From Arcobacteraceae bacterium (GTDB taxonomy: Bacteria > Campylobacterota > Campylobacteria > Campylobacterales > Arcobacteraceae): a DNA stretch of 64,000 bases. Within the stretch, counting starts at the first letter, position 1. Each line of letters begins with the position of its first letter. This document shows positions 39,865-48,932 of this stretch, one piece after another. The position numbers and the translations under genes were made by a program. Below the pieces are notes generated by a model. That model worked only from the letters and a program-made list of their open reading frames with translations. It was not told the origin of the DNA and did no database searches. Location: the NCBI GenBank assembly GCA_048268245.1, contig JBLWVX010000003.1:64001-128000 (forward strand), given 5' to 3'.

Positions 39865-41058
39865 TTAATAAACTTTTGAGTATAACTCCAATAAAATTAT
39901 TTGTTTGTCAATTTTATATATTTTTGCATCTAAAAGTTTAATATCTCTAGAGTTTTTAAGTGTGTCATAATCACTCTGAGTCTTAATTTGTGCCTCATTT
40001 TCTTCTTTAATAATTTTTAGAATAGAGTTATAAAGGCTTAAATCTTCACTAGTAATTTTTAATCTGTCTTCTAGCATATTAAGTTTATCTAGTTTTGTTT
40101 TAAAAAAACTTTTTTCATCATCAATCTTATTTTTTAGGTTTAGCTTTGATTTTAAGTATTCGATTCTTTTACTTTCTATATCATTTAAGGCTCTAGTGTC
40201 TAATGGCATAGTAACAGATAAACCATATGTTTGTTTATTCGTTTGTCCATTTGATTTTGGCTCACCATCTGTAAAATGAGTTTTTGAATAGTTATAATAT
40301 ACATTTACACTAGGTAAATATCTAGCCATTGTCATATGTGAATAATTTTTATCTTTTTTTATCGCAGCTTTTGCTTTTTCAAGTTCTATATTCTTTTCTA
40401 AATAATCATCTTTAGATATAAGTTCAAATTTAGGAAGTTTGAAATCTGAATATTTCCCTGAAGCTATATTTTCAAAGTTATTGATAAGTTCTTGTTTTTG
40501 ATATTTTAAATCAATTAAAGTGTGTTTTGAACTATTTAAAGTAAGTAGGGCGTTATCTAAAAATGAACTATCTAAGAAGCCATTTAAAACTTGTTCTTTT
40601 TTTCTTTCAACATCTATTTTTGCATTTGCTAAAGATAGTTTTGTTTTCTCAATAGTTAAATCAAGTTTTTTAATTTGAAAAAGAAGATTATATGCATCTT
40701 TTATTAGATTTTTTCTTTGTTGTTGAATTTGAAGGTTTGCATAATCATGAGTTGAATCAGCATATTTTATAGCTTGATAAATCCCACCACTTTGAAAGAT
40801 TGGTTGATTTATAGAAATTAGTGAAGTTTCACCTTTATATTCATCTCCAAGGTTCTTTTTAAACTGCAAAGTTATTGGATTTATCCAATCTTTTTTTAAT
40901 TTAGAACTATCTTCTTTAGCTTGTTGTGTTTCTAAATCAAAAGTTTTTTTTCTACTATCTGATAAAATACTTTGGTCTAAATTGTTGTTTGCAAATAGAT
41001 TTACACCAATTAAACTACATAAAAGTAGTTTAATTTTATTTGATTTTAGAAAGTGCAT
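39865..41058 (-). CDS. TolC-family outer membrane protein
   Basis: Signal peptide, INQPIFQSGGI, YLPSV...YGLSVTMPL, coiled coils. Confidence 0.8.
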   Translation of the reverse strand: MHFLKSNKIKLLLCSLIGVNLFANNNLDQSILSDSRKKTFDLETQQAKEDSSKLKKDWINPITLQFKKNLGDEYKGETSLISINQPIFQSGGIYQAIKYADSTHDYANLQIQQQRKNLIKDAYNLLFQIKKLDLTIEKTKLSLANAKIDVERKKEQVLNGFLDSSFLDNALLTLNSSKHTLIDLKYQKQELINNFENIASGKYSDFKLPKFELISKDDYLEKNIELEKAKAAIKKDKNYSHMTMARYLPSVNVYYNYSKTHFTDGEPKSNGQTNKQTYGLSVTMPLDTRALNDIESKRIEYLKSKLNLKNKIDDEKSFFKTKLDKLNMLEDRLKITSEDLSLYNSILKIIKEENEAQIKTQSDYDTLKNSRDIKLLDAKIYKIDKQIILLELYSKVY

Positions 41059-42220
41059 TTTCTAGCCTTTTGAAGCCTTCATTTATTTCTTCTTTTGAAA
41101 TCGTTAAAACAGGTAACATTCTAAGTGTATTTTTTCCAGCTCTTAAAATTAATAAACCTTCATTAAATGATTCTTTGATTATTGCTGCTAATGTATCTGC
41201 ATCTTTTACTCTAAGTCCTCTCATTAATCCAAGTCCCACGCTATCACTAAATACATCTTTATTTGCTTCATAAACTTTGTTTAACTTGTCTTGGAAATAT
41301 ATTATTGTTTCATCTAGTTTTCCAGAATCTTTGTAAGTATCTAAAATCTCTAAAACTTTCAGTGATGCAGCTGTACTTAAATAGTTTCCTCCAAAAGTAG
41401 AACCATGATCACCATATGTAAATAAGTCTTTATGTGTTGTAATAACTGCTCCAATTGGAACACCACCACCTAGGCCTTTTGCCATAGTAATAATATCTGG
41501 TTCAATTTCATAAAGGTTAGTAGCTAAAAATTCACCAGTTCTGTATGCACCTGTTTGTACTTCATCAATTATAAGTAAAATATCTTTTTGTTTTAAGTAT
41601 TTTGCTAGTTTTTGAATCTCTTCTTTATCAAAAGGTTGAACTCCACCTTCACCTTGAACAAGTTCAATCATAACAGCAACTGTTTGCTCATCAATTGAGT
41701 TATAAATGTCTTCAATTTTATTATCATATGAAAAACCATCTGGATAAGGTGAAAAGTTAGGTGAATGCATAGAGCTTTGACCTGTAGCTTTTACCGTAGT
41801 AATTGTTCTACCATGGAAAGAGTGCTCTAAAGTAATAACCTTATATCTTTTGTTTTCAAATTTAGTTTCACCATACTTTCTAGCAAGTTTAATAGCTCCC
41901 TCGTTCGCTTCAGCACCACTATTTGCGAAAAATGTTGCAACATCCATACCTGAAAGTTTTGCAATTTTTTCACCTAATTTTGCTTGTGGTTCAATAGCAT
42001 AAAGGTTTGATATATGTGTAATATTACTTACTTGATTATAAATAGCATCTGCTACTTCTTTATTACCATGTCCAACAGAAACTACTCCAATACCTGATGT
42101 GAAATCTATATAATCTTTATTGTTTTCATCAAATAAAGTTGCATTTATACCTTTTTTGAAGTTTACATAGTTTCTTGCATAAGTTTGAAGTACATAATCT
42201 TTATCTAATTGTTCTAACAT
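41036..42220 (-). CDS. argD: Acetylornithine aminotransferase
   Basis: NSGAEANEGAIKLARK, SFHGRT, DEVQTG, AKGLGGGVPIGA, HGSTFGGN. Confidence 0.93.
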   Translation of the reverse strand: MLEQLDKDYVLQTYARNYVNFKKGINATLFDENNKDYIDFTSGIGVVSVGHGNKEVADAIYNQVSNITHISNLYAIEPQAKLGEKIAKLSGMDVATFFANSGAEANEGAIKLARKYGETKFENKRYKVITLEHSFHGRTITTVKATGQSSMHSPNFSPYPDGFSYDNKIEDIYNSIDEQTVAVMIELVQGEGGVQPFDKEEIQKLAKYLKQKDILLIIDEVQTGAYRTGEFLATNLYEIEPDIITMAKGLGGGVPIGAVITTHKDLFTYGDHGSTFGGNYLSTAASLKVLEILDTYKDSGKLDETIIYFQDKLNKVYEANKDVFSDSVGLGLMRGLRVKDADTLAAIIKESFNEGLLILRAGKNTLRMLPVLTISKEEINEGFKRLENALSKIK

Positions 42221-42360
42221 TTCTTTTCCTAAATACTTTATAAATTAAAAAAGATTATATCTAAAAAATTTAAACCATATATTAACAACTGTTTTTTGAG
42301 AAGTTGTTTTTTCTTTAAACTCATTTTGGGTAAAATAAAAACTAAAATTAAAGGGAAAAA

Positions 42361-43239
42361 ATGCAGCATTTGATTAGAACTTCAGATTTTTCTAAAGAAG
42401 AGATAATTAGTTTATTTGACGACGCAAGAGAGTTTTTAAAGTTTGAATATAATGAGGTTTTAAAAGGGAAGATTATAGTTACTCTATTTTTTGAGAACTC
42501 AACTAGAACAAGAAGTTCTTTTGAAATAGCAGCTAAAAGACTTGGTGCTGAGGTAGTATCACTTGATGTTGGAACTTCATCAACTTCAAAAGGCGAGACT
42601 ATTTTTGATACAGTTGCAAATATAAATGCAATGAAACCTGATGCATTAATCATCAGACATTCAGAGTGTGGATTACCTGACAAACTTAAAGACTTTGTTG
42701 AATGTCCTATCTTAAATGCAGGTGATGGAAAACACGCTCACCCAACACAAGCACTACTTGATATGTTTACAATATATGAACATTTTGAAGGTCAAACTGA
42801 TGGTAAGAAAATAGCTATTGTTGGTGATGTAAGAACTTCAAGAGTTGCTGGTTCAAACAAAAGATTATTACCTAAATTTGGAATTGATGTATCTTTTGTA
42901 TCTCCTGAGTGTTTTAGATATGAAGGTGATGATTTTAAAACTTATACAAGTTTAAATGATGTGATTGATGATGTTGATATTATTATGAGTTTGAGAACTC
43001 AACTTGAAAGACATAATCAAGTATATTTTGAGTCATTAAATGAATATGCAAAAGACTTTTGTATTACAAGTGAAGTAATGGGAGATAGAGATATTTTATT
43101 ATTACACCCTGGTCCTGTAAATAGAAACGTTGATATCTCAGATGAAATGCTAAAAGACCCTAGAAATAAAGTATTAGAACAAGTTACAAATGGTGTTGCT
43201 ATTAGAATGGCTGCACTTAAAAAACTAGTTTTACAATAA
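42361..43239 (+). CDS. pyrB: Aspartate carbamoyltransferase catalytic subunit
   Basis: FFENSTRT, NAGDGKHAHPTQ, RTQLER, HPGP. Confidence 0.97.
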   Translation: MQHLIRTSDFSKEEIISLFDDAREFLKFEYNEVLKGKIIVTLFFENSTRTRSSFEIAAKRLGAEVVSLDVGTSSTSKGETIFDTVANINAMKPDALIIRHSECGLPDKLKDFVECPILNAGDGKHAHPTQALLDMFTIYEHFEGQTDGKKIAIVGDVRTSRVAGSNKRLLPKFGIDVSFVSPECFRYEGDDFKTYTSLNDVIDDVDIIMSLRTQLERHNQVYFESLNEYAKDFCITSEVMGDRDILLLHPGPVNRNVDISDEMLKDPRNKVLEQVTNGVAIRMAALKKLVLQ

Positions 43240-43248
43240 AAATACAAA

Positions 43249-44214
43249 TTGAACAAACAATTTATAGAAGAACAACTAAATAAGTATGGCTCGTCAAACG
43301 AGCCATTTTTTTTCATAATATCTTATGATTTCACAAAATTTTATGTGGAAAAACTATCAAACCTACCTGAAAATATAAAGTTTGAAATTAACCAAAAAAC
43401 AAGCTCTAAAAATAAACACAAAACTACGGTTGATAAATCTCCTATTTCTTTTAGAGAATACAAAAAAAAGTTTGACTTTTTGCAAGAACAAATAAAAGAA
43501 GGAAATACTTACCTTTTAAATCTAACAGCAAAAACTCAAATAAAAACTAAATATTCTCTTGATGAAGTATATGAAAAAGTTAATGCAAAATTTAAATTAA
43601 GATATAAAAAAGATGATGATAATTTTGTATGTTTTTCACCTGAAAGATTTGTAGAAATTAAAAAAAACAAAATTTATACCTATCCTATGAAAGGTACTAT
43701 TGATGCTAAAATAATAAATGCTTCTGCAAAAATCTTAGGCGATGTAAAAGAAATGGCTGAACATACAATGGTTGTTGATTTGCTTAGAAATGATTTGGGA
43801 ATAGTCTCTTCAAAAGTGAGAGTTGATAAGTTTAGATATATTGATAAAATAAATGCAGGTGAGAAAAAACTACTTCAAGTTAGTTCAAAAATTTCAGGAC
43901 ACTTAGAACATAATTGGAATGAAAAAATTGGAACAATTTTAACAAAAATGCTCCCAGCAGGTTCTATTACTGGTACTCCAAAGAAAAAAACTGTTGAATT
44001 ATTAGAACAAATAGAAGAATATAATCGTGATTTTTATACTGGAATATTTGGTGTTTATGATGGGGTGTCTTTGGATTCAGCTGTAATGATTAGATTTATT
44101 GAAGAAGATGAAAATAAAAACCATTTTTATAAAAGTGGAGGGGGAATCACTTGTGATTCTGAGGTTAATGCAGAGTATCAAGAGCTCTTAGATAAAATTT
44201 ACTTACCTTTTTAA
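43249..44214 (+). CDS. pabB: Aminodeoxychorismate synthase component I
   Basis: SPERF, PMKGT, KEMAEHTMVVDLLRND, PAGSITGTPK, SGGGIT; TTG start. Confidence 0.92.
   Translation: MNKQFIEEQLNKYGSSNEPFFFIISYDFTKFYVEKLSNLPENIKFEINQKTSSKNKHKTTVDKSPISFREYKKKFDFLQEQIKEGNTYLLNLTAKTQIKTKYSLDEVYEKVNAKFKLRYKKDDDNFVCFSPERFVEIKKNKIYTYPMKGTIDAKIINASAKILGDVKEMAEHTMVVDLLRNDLGIVSSKVRVDKFRYIDKINAGEKKLLQVSSKISGHLEHNWNEKIGTILTKMLPAGSITGTPKKKTVELLEQIEEYNRDFYTGIFGVYDGVSLDSAVMIRFIEEDENKNHFYKSGGGITCDSEVNAEYQELLDKIYLPF
43286..43313 (+). terminator. Intrinsic terminator-like hairpin inside the 5' end of pabB
   Basis: ATGGCTCGT-CAA-ACGAGCCAT, with a T8 run at 43306-13; 46 nt after the pyrB stop. Confidence 0.75.
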
Positions 44215-44283
44215 ACTTGTAACTTTAATGTAATCAAATAACTTTATTATTCTACGAAATATTTTAAGTAGGATAGTTTAAAA

Positions 44284-45309
44284 ATGAAAAAAGCAAATAC
44301 AGTTTTTATTATAGAGTATCAAAAGGGAAGTGATAAAGGATTTGATGGTTTTAGACCAGATACAAAACCAATTTTAAGAGCCATTGAAGAAGAAACATCT
44401 TTCAAAACTGAAATTGTATTTTTTAAACCTAACAAAAAGTATCAATTATTAGAGTATTTAAAAGAGAATGCACATGCTGTTATTTCAAGAATCAACCCAG
44501 GTAATTTAAAACAAGTTGATGAGTATTTTCAGTTCTTAAAAGCATTAGGAGATAGTGGAGTTGAAATTCATACTCATCCTGATGTTATGATAAACCTTGA
44601 TTTTAAAGATATTCTAGCAAAATTAAAGGGTACTGTCTTAGGTGATGATGAGTCTTATTTTTATCACAATTTTTCAGATTTTGCTTCAAAATTTCCAATA
44701 GATTTAAAAAAACATGGAATTAGAGTTTTAAAAACAAATTATGGTTCAACAGGAGAGGGTGTTTATCTTGTAAGACAACAAGATGATGGCTCTATTATTT
44801 CAACGGAAGCTGTAAATAATGAGAAGTTCTTCTTTGATGACATTCATGAGTTTATTTCAAAATTTGAGAAAAACTTTGAAGACGATAGTGAATATGCTGA
44901 ATATTTTCAAGGAAAAGTTGGTTTTGTTGGGTGTAGGTATTTAGAGAGAATTAATGAAGGCGAAATTAGAGTTTTATTAGTAAATAATAAACCAATTTCA
45001 GTAGTTCATAAAAAACCACAAGAAGGACAGTTCTCAGCTACACTTTTTTCAGGTGCAAAATATAAGTATGAATCACCAGATGAACCTAAATGGAAAGATG
45101 TTATTGATTTAACTACAGAAGGCTTAAAAGTTTTAAAGCCATATTTAAGAGGTCAAAACTATCCATTACTTTGGACTATGGATTATATTTTAGATTATAA
45201 TGAGGATGGGTCTGATAAGTATGTATTATCAGAGATTAATTGTTCATGTGTTGGAATTACAAGTGAACTTCAATATGCAAAAGATGTAGCCCAAGTTTTT
45301 GTAAGATAA
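44284..45309 (+). CDS. Cj0069-family ATP-grasp protein
   Basis: GSDKG.DG.R.DT.PI, SRINPG, RVLK...GSTGEG, EGEIR, YVLSEINCSCVG. Confidence 0.8.
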   Translation: MKKANTVFIIEYQKGSDKGFDGFRPDTKPILRAIEEETSFKTEIVFFKPNKKYQLLEYLKENAHAVISRINPGNLKQVDEYFQFLKALGDSGVEIHTHPDVMINLDFKDILAKLKGTVLGDDESYFYHNFSDFASKFPIDLKKHGIRVLKTNYGSTGEGVYLVRQQDDGSIISTEAVNNEKFFFDDIHEFISKFEKNFEDDSEYAEYFQGKVGFVGCRYLERINEGEIRVLLVNNKPISVVHKKPQEGQFSATLFSGAKYKYESPDEPKWKDVIDLTTEGLKVLKPYLRGQNYPLLWTMDYILDYNEDGSDKYVLSEINCSCVGITSELQYAKDVAQVFVR

Positions 45310-45330
45310 AAGAAGCCATTAGGCTTCTTT
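45309..45330. terminator. Bidirectional hairpin between convergent genes
   Basis: AAAGAAGCC-ATTA-GGCTTCTTT. Confidence 0.7.
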
Positions 45331-46095
45331 GCTCCAAAGTTTTAAAAAGTTGATTATGTCATCTTTAACATAGATATTTGTTGTAATATCATGTTTTGTT
45401 TGAGGTAAAATTATAACTTTTGCATTTTTATATTTTCTAAGAGCTTTTGTACAATGACCATCAACTTCATGCTCTTTAGTAGCACTTGCGTCATTTGAAA
45501 AGTACTCATCATGTGTTCCAATGATATTTAAAAATGGTTCATATTTATTAGCACCTATTTCAAAGTTTTTTGAATAGTATGAGTTTTCACAAGAATAAGC
45601 TGTTACAATTCTTCCTTTAAACTCTTTACCTTTAAAAGAAGCAGCAGCCAACCCACCTTCTGAATTGCCCATTAGAAAGATATTGTTTACATCTATAAAA
45701 CTTATGTTTTGAAGTTTTTGAAGATTATAGTGTATCTCTGCTTGTCTAAATTTATGTACTTTTTCATAGTTTTTTAATTTTGTTGGTGTTTCATATGTTG
45801 GTCTATTTTTTACTTTAAAAGAGTTAGGGCAAAAGAAAATAAAGTTTGTATTTTCAACTATCCATTTTCTATAAATTACTCCTTTATTTAAACCAGCAGA
45901 GCCATGTAAAAATAAAACAGTTGGTATTTTATTAGAAGCTTTAAAGTTGGGGTATAATTTTTTAAACTTTTGAAGTGTACCAAAATAGTGTTCTTTTAAG
46001 CCTCCAAAACCTTTTGGTATTCCTATATATGCATATTTATAAGTATTATCAAAGTCTTTATATTTATCAATAATTTTTTGGTATTTTTTTTGCAT
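45319..46095 (-). CDS. Alpha/beta hydrolase (dienelactone hydrolase-like)
   Basis: LFLHGSAG, nucleophile elbow GNSEGG, G..D, C-terminal H. Confidence 0.8.
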   Translation of the reverse strand: MQKKYQKIIDKYKDFDNTYKYAYIGIPKGFGGLKEHYFGTLQKFKKLYPNFKASNKIPTVLFLHGSAGLNKGVIYRKWIVENTNFIFFCPNSFKVKNRPTYETPTKLKNYEKVHKFRQAEIHYNLQKLQNISFIDVNNIFLMGNSEGGLAAASFKGKEFKGRIVTAYSCENSYYSKNFEIGANKYEPFLNIIGTHDEYFSNDASATKEHEVDGHCTKALRKYKNAKVIILPQTKHDITTNIYVKDDIINFLKLWSKEA

Positions 46096-46142
46096 GAGAA
46101 GCCTTAAAATAAAGTTTTGATATTATATCTTTTAAATTTAAA

Positions 46143-46724
46143 TTGACTATAAAAGAAGAAAAAGTGTATTTTGAAACTATAAAATGTGATGACTATGAAG
46201 TTTTTAATTTAGAATATCATCAAAAACGAATTGCAAAAACAGTAGGTTTGAACATAAACTTAAGTGAGTATGTGTATCCTATTTCAAATAAACTATTAAG
46301 ATGTAAACTTATATATGATGAGACAGGAATTCAAGAGGTAAATTATTTCGAGTATAAAAAAAGAGATATAAAAACCTTTAAATTAGTTTATGATGAAAAT
46401 ATAGAGTATTCAAAAAAGTATTTAGATAGAGGAAATCTAGATGAACTTTATGCTAAAAAAGAAGATTGTGATGATATCATTATCATAAAAGATGGGCTTT
46501 TATTAGACACCTCAATAGCAAATATTGCAATTTTTTATGAAAATAGATGGCTAACACCTACTAAACCTTTACTTGAGGGTACAACAAGAGCTAGACTTAT
46601 TAAACATGGGCAGATAATAGAAAAAGATATCAGTGTTCAGATGTTAAAAAAGTGTGAAAAGTTTGCTTTAATGAATGCAATGATAGGATTTGATGAGATA
46701 GAGAACTACTCATTTTTTTCATAA
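46143..46724 (+). CDS. pabC: 4-amino-4-deoxychorismate lyase-like (aminotransferase class IV)
   Basis: FETIK, YH..R, DTSIANI, TP..PLLEGTTRA; start uncertain (TTG 46143 or GTG 46164). Confidence 0.78.
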   Translation: MTIKEEKVYFETIKCDDYEVFNLEYHQKRIAKTVGLNINLSEYVYPISNKLLRCKLIYDETGIQEVNYFEYKKRDIKTFKLVYDENIEYSKKYLDRGNLDELYAKKEDCDDIIIIKDGLLLDTSIANIAIFYENRWLTPTKPLLEGTTRARLIKHGQIIEKDISVQMLKKCEKFALMNAMIGFDEIENYSFFS

Positions 46725-47347
46725 ACTCTATGAAGTAGCTTTTCCCATTTATTTTCTTTCCCCCAGTTGATTTTTACTTTTTTTGTAAAACCATCTTTTG
46801 TAAATTTATAAGAATCAATTTCATTAAAAGCAAATTTTGGAATAAGCTTTTTTCTTTTATTAAAAGGAATAACTTTAAAACTTAGATTATCCAAAACTAA
46901 AGGACTTTTCTTCTTATCTTCTACATAAAGTAAAACCATATGATAGTCTCGTTCACCTTTTACTTTTACAACTGCAAAATATAGATTTTTCTTTTTAATA
47001 CCAAGTTCTAGTAGTGTGAAATATTTACTTATAACATAATCTTCACAATCCCCATGACCTTGTATTAGAAACTCTTTAGGTGTTGCCCAATAATCAATTG
47101 ATGAATTTGCTTTAATATCATGTTGTGGTAGAATTTTATTAAAGAAAGCATTTATATGTGAAAGTTTTCTAATTAAAGTATAATCCACAACTTTTTCTTT
47201 TAAAGCTTTATACTTTTTTAGTCTATTTACTATTAATGATTGTTTTTTTGATTGTTGAATATATTTAATATCATTTTTATTTAGCTTAAACTCATAGGCA
47301 AAAGTAATATTGTAAAGTATTAAAATAAGCAAAAATATTCGTTTCAT
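46706..47347 (-). CDS. lapG: LapG-like periplasmic transglutaminase-like cysteine protease
   Basis: Signal peptide; DYWATPKEFL, GDCEDY, HMVL, VLDNL (Cys-His-Asp triad). Confidence 0.85.
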   Translation of the reverse strand: MKRIFLLILILYNITFAYEFKLNKNDIKYIQQSKKQSLIVNRLKKYKALKEKVVDYTLIRKLSHINAFFNKILPQHDIKANSSIDYWATPKEFLIQGHGDCEDYVISKYFTLLELGIKKKNLYFAVVKVKGERDYHMVLLYVEDKKKSPLVLDNLSFKVIPFNKRKKLIPKFAFNEIDSYKFTKDGFTKKVKINWGKENKWEKLLHRVYEKNE

Positions 47348-47374
47348 AGGTTATAATACCACTAAATTTTTGAA

Positions 47375-47827
47375 ATGGATATTAATAATATGATAAATAA
47401 TATAATAGAAGATCTAAATTATAAAAACTTAGTAAAAAAGCAAGTGTTTGAAACAATAGAGTTTCTTTTAGAAAAAGATCAAGAGTTTTCAATAACAGCA
47501 AATATTGAACCAATAGAGTTTACTCCTGCTTTACCAAATGCTATTAAAGAGCAACTTCAAAAGTTTTCACTTTTTATATTGAGTAACTATACTTATACAA
47601 CTATTGAAATGACTGAAGATTACTTAAGTTTTGAAGCAGGTTTTGGAAGTGAAAATTTTGGAGCTGTAGTAAAAGTACCTTTACATAGTGTATTTCAAAT
47701 TGTAGTTGATGAATCGATTTTATATATAAACTCTGTAGCAACAGTAGATAAGTTTAATAAAGACCCAAAAGAAAAATCAATGAATATTTTCAAAAACAAT
47801 CCAAATAATAAAAAGTTTGATAAGTAG
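47375..47827 (+). CDS. Hypothetical protein, SspB-like
   Basis: IEMTEDYLSFEAGFG...VKVPLHSVFQI resembles the SspB core. Confidence 0.6.
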   Translation: MDINNMINNIIEDLNYKNLVKKQVFETIEFLLEKDQEFSITANIEPIEFTPALPNAIKEQLQKFSLFILSNYTYTTIEMTEDYLSFEAGFGSENFGAVVKVPLHSVFQIVVDESILYINSVATVDKFNKDPKEKSMNIFKNNPNNKKFDK

Positions 47828-47836
47828 GTATAGGTA

Positions 47837-48520
47837 TTGAAGTATGAAAAAGAGATAAAAACTGCATTTAAAGTATCAATACCTGTTATGATGGGATATG
47901 CAGTTTTAGGTTTTGCTTTTGGTTTACTTTTAGTTTCATTTGATTACCCTTGGTATTTAGCACCTATAATGTCACTTTTTATTTATGCAGGAGCATTACA
48001 GTTTGTTGCAATAAACTTTTTTAATGCTAAAGCAGGTTTTGTTGATATTGCAATAGCTACATGGTTTATAAATATTAGACAATCTTTTTATGGCTTATCT
48101 TTACTGAAAAGGTTTAAAAAAACTGGAAAACTAAAACCATATTTGATCTTTGGTCTAACTGATGAAACTTATGCACTTTTAACAACAATAAAAGATGATG
48201 AACAATTAAAAAAAAGATGGTACTACTTCTTTTTAACAGCATTTAATCAATCCTATTGGTTTATAGGATGTACATTAGGAGCTATAATAGGCTCTAATAT
48301 TAAATTTAATACAGCAGGTTTAGAGTTTTCCTTAACTGCACTTTTTGTAGTTTTATGTATAGAGCAGTATAAAAATTTACAAAATACTATGCCTTTTATA
48401 GTTGGAGCTATAGCTTCATTATTTTCACTTGTTTTTGTACCGAGTGATAAAATGCTAATTGTCTCAATTATAGTAGCACTTATATTAATGTTTACGTTTA
48501 GAAGAAAGATAGAACAATGA
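47837..48520 (+). CDS. azlC: AzlC-family branched-chain amino acid exporter, large subunit
   Basis: PVMMGY..LG, YAGALQF, NIR..FYG, LTDETYA, F.LTALF; TTG start. Confidence 0.92.
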   Translation: MKYEKEIKTAFKVSIPVMMGYAVLGFAFGLLLVSFDYPWYLAPIMSLFIYAGALQFVAINFFNAKAGFVDIAIATWFINIRQSFYGLSLLKRFKKTGKLKPYLIFGLTDETYALLTTIKDDEQLKKRWYYFFLTAFNQSYWFIGCTLGAIIGSNIKFNTAGLEFSLTALFVVLCIEQYKNLQNTMPFIVGAIASLFSLVFVPSDKMLIVSIIVALILMFTFRRKIEQ

Positions 48521-48837
48521 GTGGTATTGAAATATATATAGCAATTGCTATTATGGCAGTAGTTAATTTTTTTACTAGGGTGTTTCCTTTTTTATTTTTT
48601 AGAAAAAATGAACTTCCTTCATATGTAGTTTTTATTGAGAGATTTTTTCCTGCAGTTATTATGACTATATTGATAGTCTATTCTATAAAAGATATAGATT
48701 TTTCACTTGCTCCATATGGTATAAAAGAGATTGGAGGGATTTTATTTACAGCTATTTTACATATTGTATTTAAAAACTATCTAGTTTCTATTTTTTCAGG
48801 AACAATATTTTATATGGTTTTAGTACAGTACTTATAG
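48517..48837 (+). CDS. azlD: AzlD-family small subunit
   Basis: TRVFPF, P.VIM.IL.VY, N.LVSI..GT; ATGA overlap with azlC. Confidence 0.9.
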   Translation: MSGIEIYIAIAIMAVVNFFTRVFPFLFFRKNELPSYVVFIERFFPAVIMTILIVYSIKDIDFSLAPYGIKEIGGILFTAILHIVFKNYLVSIFSGTIFYMVLVQYL

Positions 48838-48896
48838 TACTAGGGCTTTTTTGTAGTTTATGTGGAGTTTTGAATAAATAAGTAAGTATTTGGTAT

Positions 48897-48932
48897 AAAA
48901 TAAATAAAAGGCTTAAGCCTTTTATTTATTTT
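48897..48932 (-). terminator. Perfect 36-bp palindrome; terminator after fabH
   Basis: AAAATAAATAAAAGGCTT/AAGCCTTTTATTTATTTT. Confidence 0.75.

Noticed and set aside
42284..42308. AACAACT-N11-AGTTGTT inverted repeat between argD and pyrB as an operator
   Set aside because: Single short AT-rich instance with no second copy seen; insufficient support
45311..46103. AGAAGCC direct repeat flanking the hydrolase gene as a target-site duplication
   Set aside because: Only 7 bp; one copy is a terminator arm and the other overlaps the SD; no transposase or terminal inverted repeats
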